A stretch of 64,000 bases of DNA from Flavobacterium sp. (GTDB taxonomy: Bacteria; Bacteroidota; Bacteroidia; Flavobacteriales; Flavobacteriaceae), in assembly GCF_017744675.1 (NCBI RefSeq), contig NZ_JAGIAV010000003.1:226719-290718 (forward strand), given 5' to 3'. The first letter of the stretch is position 1, and each line of letters opens with the position of its first letter. Under the pieces are notes generated by a model that searched no databases, had not been told where the DNA came from, and saw nothing but the letters and a program-made list of their open reading frames with translations. A program made the translations under genes and the position numbers. Shown here piece by piece: positions 1 through 8,300 of this stretch.

Positions 1-626
1 AATATCCAATTTCTAAAGACAGCGAAAAACTAATAGTCGGAACAATTCATCCACATAATCACGATAATTTTACAATACAATTCTTCTATGGAAATGTAAC
101 AAGTATTTGGAATATACTAAGTTTAGCATTTCCAGAAGATTTAAAACGGCCATTAACACTTGACGGAATTAGAAATTTCTTGAAGAAAAGAAAAATCGCC
201 GTTAGTGATACAATACTAGTTTGTGATAGAATTAATCCAACAGCATTAGATAAAGATTTAATTCCAATCAAACTAAACAAGAAGATTATAGATGATATAA
301 AGAAATCAAATATTACTGAAATATTTTTCACGAGCGGTTTCGGTAAAAACAATGCTTTTAGGCTTTTCTATAAAGATATTCTAGGACTTAAAATTACTAA
401 AGAAATCAAGTTAAACCGAGGAACAATAGTTGACACTAAAATATTTGGACGACCTATCAAATTAACCGTATTGTTTTCTCCATCAGGATCTTCAAACGTT
501 GGAATTTCAAAATCAAGTCTTTACTTAGAAAATAAAGAGAAATATAGAAACTCGGCGAAACCAGTTTATGATTTTAAAGTTGCTTATTATCGTGAAAAGT
601 TTGACAGTAAAAAGCAGAACCGCTAA
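1..626 (+). CDS. UDG-superfamily (hypoxanthine/uracil-DNA glycosylase-like) protein, 5'-truncated by the window edge
   Basis: The reading frame (codons from position 3) is open from the window edge. There is no in-frame ATG before 180, so the listed TTG start is probably an ORF-finder artefact. Motifs LIVGTIHPHN..FFYGNVTSIWNIL and FSPSGSSN parallel GTMAG..YYANRGNLFWKIL and LPSTSGLN in the 12288..12782 paralogue. Confidence 0.5.
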   Translation, partial: YPISKDSEKLIVGTIHPHNHDNFTIQFFYGNVTSIWNILSLAFPEDLKRPLTLDGIRNFLKKRKIAVSDTILVCDRINPTALDKDLIPIKLNKKIIDDIKKSNITEIFFTSGFGKNNAFRLFYKDILGLKITKEIKLNRGTIVDTKIFGRPIKLTVLFSPSGSSNVGISKSSLYLENKEKYRNSAKPVYDFKVAYYREKFDSKKQNR

Positions 627-709
627 CAGCGGTTTGAAGCAATAATTGGTATCTGGTTGCTACAGATATTGCGGTTTTATTTGTAACTTTAGCATTTCAT
701 TGTAAAATA

Positions 710-1312
710 ATGGATAGCAATTCTAAAATCATTCGAGGCTTAATAAAAATATCGGGTAAAATATTATTCGTCATTGGATTAGTATTAAATATTTGTATGG
801 TATTTTTTGGCTTTTGGCCAAGTATTATTTATTTACTTTTTATGCTTTTAGGCGGGTTTATGATATTTACAAATAAAGATGTTGATACCAGCGTTAAATT
901 CGATCTACAAAATTTTAATTTTAGAACTATCGGTAACAATTTAAAAAAGGAAGATTTTGAAAAGTCAGTGGTTTCGTCTATTAAAATTGTTTTACTTACA
1001 CTCACAATAACTACAATTGCAATTATCGGATTTTTTTATTTTTCTAAATCTTATTATAAAAACCAGAATACAAGACAGGATTGTGAAGAAATAGTAACTG
1101 CACTAAATTCATATAAAAAAGACCTATCAAGTTATCCAAAGAGTATGGACAGCTTGATAGGTAATAATCCTTTAAGAAAGGCCTGGAAAAAAGATAGATG
1201 GAATAATGACCTGTATTACAAATCCATAAATAATGATAAAAATTTTATTTTAATTTCTAAAGGCAAAGACCAAAAATTATTTACAAAAGATGACATTGTA
1301 TTTAAAAACTAA
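710..1312 (+). CDS. Hypothetical membrane protein with a GspG/pseudopilin-like C-terminal motif
   Basis: 200-aa ORF with three hydrophobic segments. The C-terminus (KDRWNNDLYYKS..NFILISKGKDQKLFTKDDIVF) resembles the DPWG..Y.Y....S.G.DG..GT.DDI signature of T2SS major pseudopilin globular domains. It is convergent with the RHS operon. Confidence 0.55.
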   Translation: MDSNSKIIRGLIKISGKILFVIGLVLNICMVFFGFWPSIIYLLFMLLGGFMIFTNKDVDTSVKFDLQNFNFRTIGNNLKKEDFEKSVVSSIKIVLLTLTITTIAIIGFFYFSKSYYKNQNTRQDCEEIVTALNSYKKDLSSYPKSMDSLIGNNPLRKAWKKDRWNNDLYYKSINNDKNFILISKGKDQKLFTKDDIVFKN

Positions 1313-1797
1313 AATTTATATCCAGTCTTTACTTGTACTCGTTTGTTGAACTCATTAATGCTTTCATCAGTAAAATAACCTTCTAATTTATTTTTATCTG
1401 TTACATAAAACTCTTGGTAAGTTAAAGAGTTCTTATCATTAGAATCTCCATATACACCAATTGTTCCATCTCTAAAAATTCCAATTTCAGAATCATTGGT
1501 GTTTTCAGAATCTGTCATTATTTTCAATGGATTCCTTTTGCCACTGCCATCTACATAGTAATAATCCCGTTTGATAAGTCCCTCCTGTACTTTGAATTGG
1601 GTTAGTAAAATGCCGTCTTTTGGAATTTCATAAATCCTAACACCATTTTCATATTTGGTTGGCTCGCCTTTCGCGTTGTTAAATATAACATTAACCTTCC
1701 CCTTAAAACCTGACTGTATTAGGTAAATTTCTTTTTCCTTACTTTGATTACAGCCCATCAAAGAAAAAAATGTCAAAAAATAAAATACTAAATGCAT
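1309..1797 (-). CDS. Small lipoprotein; candidate cognate immunity protein of the upstream RHS toxin
   Basis: Internal ATG at 1797 gives MHLVFYFLTFFSLMGCNQS, a signal peptide plus lipobox Cys. It lies 22 nt downstream of the RHS stop on the same strand. The longer listed start (1878) would overlap the RHS 3' end. Confidence 0.6.
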   Translation of the reverse strand: MHLVFYFLTFFSLMGCNQSKEKEIYLIQSGFKGKVNVIFNNAKGEPTKYENGVRIYEIPKDGILLTQFKVQEGLIKRDYYYVDGSGKRNPLKIMTDSENTNDSEIGIFRDGTIGVYGDSNDKNSLTYQEFYVTDKNKLEGYFTDESINEFNKRVQVKTGYKF

Positions 1798-1819
1798 ATT
1801 CTTATGTTTAATTATTATC

Positions 1820-4800
1820 TTAATATCTTCCACCTGCACCAGTTCCACTAAATCCACCTGTGCCAAATCCTTCCTCAAATCCTCTTCTTTCAGTACTTAC
1901 TGGTTGTCCCTGATACATTTTATTCCATTCAGATGTTGTGTAAGTCTTATCGCCTTGTACAACTCCTGTAAAGACTCCTTTATCATCCATTGTTACTGTA
2001 AATGAGTTAGACATCATTTGTCTATTATTATCTCCTGGAAGGCTTGTATATGGATTGCCTTCATATGGACTAACTCCCATAAATAAAGCATTGCCACCAG
2101 TGTCTTTCATAAAAGTTTCGGCAGCTGGAAATTTATCGCCTGTTTGACTAATACTAACATCAAGTGTGCCAGCTTTCATATTTTCTGTCATTGTAAAGTT
2201 TGTTTTAACATCAATATCAGGTGAGCCAGGCACCAATGGATTCGCTCCAGACATTGATGATGAGAATGAAACTGTACTACTACCATCTTTATTTTGCGTT
2301 TGTTTAAAATCAGAAATACTGCCCGAAGGTTTTTCAGTAGCACTTCCCAAAATAGGGTGAGAACTCGGGTCACTTGATGTTTTCAATCCTGAATATGTAC
2401 CTGCTGTCGGATCAACTGTAACTGTTTGTTTCACTCTAGATGTCGCTGAAGCAGAAGTTGTAAATCCTCTATTGGCACCATCCCCATGAAATCCGCCACC
2501 AAAAGAGCTAAACGGTGCAAACGATCTTATGGAAATAGGAAATGGCCACATTCCGTCTGGGTCAATAAAGAAAACCGGATTGTCCATTGCATACGCATAC
2601 GGCGACCATCGTCTTCCTTTCTCCGCCAGCGGGTCAATATTCATCCATCGACCTAAAGCAGGGTCATAATTCCTTGCGCCATAGTCGTAAAAGTTAAGCC
2701 CCATCTCGTCTTGCAGCTCTTTTCCATTGTATTTATACTTATTTGCTGTTGCGAGATAATCATTATACCCTTTGTGCTTTAATCCAAAAGGATAATAATT
2801 GTTCTCCTCAATAATTTCAACAACCTGCGTTGTCGGGTTTTTAGCATAGCTAACTCGAACGTTTCCTAAATGGTCTTTGTACTGGAAAACATACGAAAGA
2901 GCTCCCGCCGTATTCTTTACATACCCCTCTGCCGTTGGGAAAAACTCCAAAACATTGTCTTTGTACTGGTAGCCTCCCAAATAATCGGTCACAGTGGTAA
3001 CCGTTCCTTCTGTTACCGCTTTCTGTATTTTTTGTCCAGACGCATTGTAAAAGTATTCAATACTTCCTGTTGTTCCAAATGTTATTTTCTTTGGCAGGTT
3101 TAAATGGTTGTAGCTGATTTCTGTAATGCTTTTATTTTTATCCGTAATCATATTTCCATTATCATCATAACTGTAATCATCATCGGTTTTATTGATGTCA
3201 TTAAATCCGCTGCTGTTGTTGGAATTGTCTACAACTTTAGACAATTGGTTAGAATTTGTCGGATAAGTGTAAACTAAATCATCTATATCAAGATTGCCTA
3301 CCTGAGGGTCGTAATCTCCTTTACGGCCCAATGTTTTAATATTTCCATTTTTGTCGTAAGACAGGTTTTCATCGTATGCGCTTGTCGTTAAACCGTTCTT
3401 TTCATAAATGGCATTGGTCAGACGGTTTAGGTTATCATACTTGTATCCATAGGCTCTTTCGTTTAAGTCTGAAGCCGTTTTCCAGAAGGTTTCTGAAATG
3501 TTTCCGTTATAAAGCGGCCTTACATCTGTGATATCGGTTTGCGTGTTTTCATAATTAATCTTGAAAGCAAACAAATCTGCAGGGTCTGTACCCTGCTGCA
3601 AATTGGCGGTTTTGTTAATTTCTTTCAGCCAGCCTCTGATATTATACTCAAAGTCTACTTTCTGAAGCGGGTTTCCTGTATTGCTTCCCACTTTTTTGCT
3701 TATAAGCTGCCCTAATGCGTCATAAGTATTCTCGGCCAAAAGTTCCACTGTCCCGCCGTTTATCTGATGGGTATGCGTAAGAAGACGGTCTTGCGGCGAA
3801 TACGTAAATTCTTCTCTTACCGCAATCTCTGGATTGCCAGAAGTCCTTTTATGTTTTGTTACGGTATAAAGCGTTTTTCCTGTAAAGTCAATCTTGCTCT
3901 CGCTTGACGTATAGCCTCCCAAATGGTTCTCAAGATAATTTTTTATTGGCCTTGCCTTATCATCATAAAATATGGTGCTCGTTTCTCCCGCAGTAGAAGA
4001 TGGTGTTGAAATGGCTCTTGTCCAGCTTCCTGAAGCCAGTGTTTTTACATTGCTTAATACAGGCTGCCCTTCAATAGAAGATGGAACAGACTGTGCGTTT
4101 GGAAACTCATAAGTGTCATAATAATTAACCGTTAAAAGCTTAAAGCTTGTCGGTTCTATAACATTGCTGTAATACGTTTCGATTCCGTCAATTGTACCAG
4201 AAGTCTGCTTGCTTTCGAATATGGCAGTTCTGCTGTTTTGTGCATCCTGAAGTGATTTTCGCGTTGCCGAATTTGAAGCCTGGCTGCTCCAGCCTGTATA
4301 AACAGGTCTGCCAAAGGCATCATATTTTGTGATAATCCATCCGATTCCACTTTCATCTTTAAAAGGAGAATAGGCAGGACCCGTAGCAACTGGCCGATCC
4401 AGCTTATCGTAAACAATAAATTCCCACTGTCTGCCTGGAAGTTTTTTCTCTGCCAGACGGTTTTTATTATCATACTTATACTGATAGCACAAGCCATTTA
4501 AAACATCGTAATCAATATTTCCTTCAGCCTTTGGAGGAATTACATAAGTAAGGTTTCCGTAAATATCGTAGACATAATACGTATCATGTTTATCTCCTCC
4601 GTTATAGGTGCGTTTCAATACAACCTGCCCTTCCTTGTTTTTAAATTCTTCTGTACCAGCATTTGATCCAGGTGCAGTATTCTCATCATAGGTAATGGTT
4701 TTAAATAGCTCACCAGCCTGATAAGTCCCTGCATCTGAAAAACTGATTCCATACAGTCCAGAACCGGCATCCCAAGTGGCTGTGGCCGTATATAGTTTTA

Positions 4801-5323
4801 CTTCATTTTCCGCGTTTGTCTGGTAGCTCAATTTAATTTCATGCCCAGAATCCATTGCCCATGAATTTCCAGGGGCTGCCTGTTTCAGAACTCGGTTTAA
4901 CGGAGAAGGTTCAAATTGTTTCTTGGAATAAGGGTTTGAACCATTTTCATATAAAGTGCTGTAAAATGAAACAGAGGCACTAATCGCCGTATTAGGGTCA
5001 ATCTTAGAATAATTGGTTCCGCTGTTGGAAACGGCGTAAGGAAGATATTCTTCCTGCTGTCTGCCAACCCCATCATACATGGCTGGGGTTACAAAATCCT
5101 CGCCGTTTCCGCCCTGCCCAATGGCTCTTGTCTGTACAGGACGTCCCAAACCATCAAAATAACTAATGTTCTGGTTCTTTTCTTCTTTGGTCAAGGTGCC
5201 TAAATTAGCTGACTGTACTGCTTTTTTTGGAGATATAGTGTAAATAAAATTATCATCACTAAAAGTTTGTCCCCAAACATTTGCTATTGTAAGCAATAGT
5301 AAGATTGGTATATATTTTTTCAT
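1820..5323 (-). CDS. RHS/YD-repeat polymorphic toxin with signal peptide, Bacteroidota-type N-terminal domain (DUF6443-like, from memory) and a variable C-terminal tip
   Basis: 1167 aa. It has an N-terminal signal peptide (MKKYIPILLLLTIANVWGQ) and many YD repeats (YDxxGN, YxYDxxNRL). The canonical RHS core end is YDPALGRWMNIDPLAEK...NPVFFIDPDGMW, followed by a 242-aa unrelated tip (1820..2548). Confidence 0.9.
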   Translation of the reverse strand: MKKYIPILLLLTIANVWGQTFSDDNFIYTISPKKAVQSANLGTLTKEEKNQNISYFDGLGRPVQTRAIGQGGNGEDFVTPAMYDGVGRQQEEYLPYAVSNSGTNYSKIDPNTAISASVSFYSTLYENGSNPYSKKQFEPSPLNRVLKQAAPGNSWAMDSGHEIKLSYQTNAENEVKLYTATATWDAGSGLYGISFSDAGTYQAGELFKTITYDENTAPGSNAGTEEFKNKEGQVVLKRTYNGGDKHDTYYVYDIYGNLTYVIPPKAEGNIDYDVLNGLCYQYKYDNKNRLAEKKLPGRQWEFIVYDKLDRPVATGPAYSPFKDESGIGWIITKYDAFGRPVYTGWSSQASNSATRKSLQDAQNSRTAIFESKQTSGTIDGIETYYSNVIEPTSFKLLTVNYYDTYEFPNAQSVPSSIEGQPVLSNVKTLASGSWTRAISTPSSTAGETSTIFYDDKARPIKNYLENHLGGYTSSESKIDFTGKTLYTVTKHKRTSGNPEIAVREEFTYSPQDRLLTHTHQINGGTVELLAENTYDALGQLISKKVGSNTGNPLQKVDFEYNIRGWLKEINKTANLQQGTDPADLFAFKINYENTQTDITDVRPLYNGNISETFWKTASDLNERAYGYKYDNLNRLTNAIYEKNGLTTSAYDENLSYDKNGNIKTLGRKGDYDPQVGNLDIDDLVYTYPTNSNQLSKVVDNSNNSSGFNDINKTDDDYSYDDNGNMITDKNKSITEISYNHLNLPKKITFGTTGSIEYFYNASGQKIQKAVTEGTVTTVTDYLGGYQYKDNVLEFFPTAEGYVKNTAGALSYVFQYKDHLGNVRVSYAKNPTTQVVEIIEENNYYPFGLKHKGYNDYLATANKYKYNGKELQDEMGLNFYDYGARNYDPALGRWMNIDPLAEKGRRWSPYAYAMDNPVFFIDPDGMWPFPISIRSFAPFSSFGGGFHGDGANRGFTTSASATSRVKQTVTVDPTAGTYSGLKTSSDPSSHPILGSATEKPSGSISDFKQTQNKDGSSTVSFSSSMSGANPLVPGSPDIDVKTNFTMTENMKAGTLDVSISQTGDKFPAAETFMKDTGGNALFMGVSPYEGNPYTSLPGDNNRQMMSNSFTVTMDDKGVFTGVVQGDKTYTTSEWNKMYQGQPVSTERRGFEEGFGTGGFSGTGAGGRY

Positions 5324-5355
5324 AAGTCTATGTTTGTCTTATTAGCCTTTAGTCT

Positions 5356-8300
5356 CTATTTTTTGGTTACAAGTAATGTTATGCTTACAATACTCTTAGC
5401 ATTTAATGTAAGGGTAGTAAGCTTACTAGTTTGGCCCGCAGCAAATTCTACAACAACCTCCTGACTTGCAGCAGCCCCCGATAGACGTAAAAAATTGACT
5501 GTAAATTTTAATGTTGCCCCATTATGATTTGATCCTGTAGCCCAAGCATCGATGCTAAGTACTTTAGTCGAAGGATCAAAATAACGTTCAAATAGAAATT
5601 CCACTTCTCTAAGGGTACATCCACCATAATTATTAGCATAACTCTGGCCATCAGCATTAAATTTAGCAAGACCTAAAGCATCAGCATCTGCCTGAGAAAT
5701 TGCCGAAGTAGCTGCTCCCGCTATTTGATTATAATAGACACTTGATCCAGACTCATTTTGTCCGCAATTATTTCTTACAAAATATCCACTTCTGGCAATA
5801 CTATTGTAAGCACAACTACCATTTGCGTTGGCATATGCCTGCCCATTATTATTTACATCTGATTGCGCTAAATTATCGGCATTTTCCTGAGAATTTGAAA
5901 CATATCTTCTACTTGGAACTGTATAGGTAACATTACTTCCTGACAAACCACCTCCACAATCATTCTTTGTAAATACTCCTGACTTAGCAACGCTGTAAAA
6001 AAAGCATTCTGCTATCATATTTGCATTATATTGTCCATTTGCATCCATGTCATTTTGAGCTAACCGATCTGCCAATACTTGTGAAGCTCCAGTATATTTT
6101 CCGGCAGGAACAGTATAAATATATGTTCCTGGAGTACTATTTGCCGGACAATCATTCTTTGTAAATGTCTTACTAATTGTTGCATTACTATATGTACACG
6201 TTCCATTGGCATTTGCGTTGGCCTGTCCGTTGGAGTTAAACAATGCAAGACCTTTTGAATCTGCATCTGCCTGAGAAAGGATTGATGTCTGGGCTCCTGC
6301 CGCCTGGCTGAATGCAACGCTTGAACCAGCTCCCCCTGCAGCGCAATCGTTCTTGGTAAAGTTTCCGCTTCTGGCAATGCTGTTAAAAGTACAGAACCCT
6401 GCGGCATTTGCATTGGCCTGTCCGTTGGAGTTAAACAATGCAAGACCTTTTGAATCTGCATCTGCCTGAGAAAGGATTGATGTCTGGGCTCCTGCCGCCT
6501 GGCTGAATGCAACGCTTGAACCAGCTCCGCCTGCAGCGCAATCGTTCTTGGTGAAGTTTCCGCTTCTGGCAATGCTGCTATAGGTGCAAAATGCATTTGA
6601 ATTTGCATAAAGCTGGCCATCAACATTAAATTTAGCAAGTCCGCGTGTATCAGCATCCCCTTGAGAAACTGTTGATATGACAGCACCAACAGCCTGATTA
6701 TAAACTACACTCGAACCTAGACCGCCTCCTTCGCAGTTATTTCTTGTAAATGTTCCTGATTGTGCTGCACTCTTATACATCTCAACACTGGTAGAAGAAT
6801 TATCACCGCAATCTATGGTCTGGCCTTTGTAATTGTAACAATACTTCTGAAGTACGTTTAATTTACTATCTTTCACAAACCTTAATCTCTGATCTGTATC
6901 ATATTCGTAATATGTCACCAATCCTTTAGGATCAGTAATGCTTGTCACTCCTACAAGCGGGTTATAAGTATAAGTTGAAATAAAGGCATTTGGCAATGTA
7001 TTTCTAAATAAGTTCAGCGCATTTCTTAACTTTTGTTCTGAACAATTATCCGACAAGCAATTATCTGAATCATCATTAGACAGCGCCTGCAGATTTGCAA
7101 TAGTCTCGGCAGGAATCGTACCGTAAACCAAGTTATCAATTTTAGCAATTGGCTGAGTTTTACTGTATCCCCAAATAATGGACACTGGGGTTCCTCCGTC
7201 TATAGTGTATTGCAGCACATTTCCTTTTTCATCATATAAATCGTAGGTGATTTTTTTATCTAAACTTAAATCTATTGCTGCTGTTCCTTTGTTAGCATAA
7301 ACAAATCTTGGAAGAAGCAGATTGCTTGTTGCACTGATTTTCTCATAACTAGTAAGCTGCTCTGATATTTTAACTCCATCTTTAAATGCTTGTGTATTTA
7401 AAGGAATTCCAATCATATTCGCTGATGCCAAATCTGAACTAAATGGTTTTGAAATCATCTCTGGATCTGGTGCGTAAAAATATTTAGTCTGCAATGTTTC
7501 TCCAACTGAGTTAGTTGTCGTTTGCGATGTTAATTGCAGATGCAATGGATTGCCATAATTAAAAGTAGTATTGCTTACTACTTTACCTTTCAAAATATTG
7601 GATGGATTATAAAAATAATTCGTTTTCTCAGATGTTTTTTGATAAAACCATAAAATTGGGATATTATATGTTATAGGTTCAATTGTTCGCAATATTTCTA
7701 CACCACCATCTACATCATATGGACACGCCGGATTTAAAGGATCCAAAGGGTTTTCTTGATTATTAGTCGTTCCCATACGAAACATCTTGAATCCATTGTA
7801 AAAAGAAGTATTGGAAGGATCTTCAAAATAAGTATTTTTCTCTTCCTCTACTATATAAGCCGCTGTTCCTACTGTTTTATAGACTTTCTTGTTCAAAACT
7901 TTACCTCTTTTCCATGCAGTGGGAATTTGTACTGTCGGGTTGCCAAAAGGTATTTCATCTGGCGCAATCGTGAATTCATACTGCGTATACCCATTATTAG
8001 CCTGATTTTTAACATCAATCTGTATTTCCCTTACATATTTATAAGCAACAGAGTTGCCTTCTATACCAAATCTGGAATTTGAACTAATACTGTAAGTAGC
8101 TGTAGAATTAAGTCCTCCTGCACATCCTATTAATTCAGGATCTACTGATCCGCATTGGATAAAACTATAATTGGTAAAACTGTTGGACTGGAAAGTAGTG
8201 CTCATTTTATTAATCAACTGACCGCTCGTATGTCCAAAATCAATAATGTCAGAGTAATCATATTGTTTCTTTAGGGCTAATGTGCTGTCATTGTCGTAAT

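Noticed and set aside
1798-1878. Longer N-terminal extension of the immunity-candidate ORF (listed start 1878)
   Set aside because: The extension would overlap the RHS 3' end by 59 nt and adds a non-signal-like peptide. The internal ATG at 1797 yields a clean lipoprotein signal peptide.
6060-6689. 209-aa same-strand alternative-frame ORF inside the giant protein gene
   Set aside because: It lies wholly within the 1617-aa ORF, across the tandem module repeats. Its own sequence is internally repeated for that reason, and it has no independent start context. It is an artefact of repetitive DNA.
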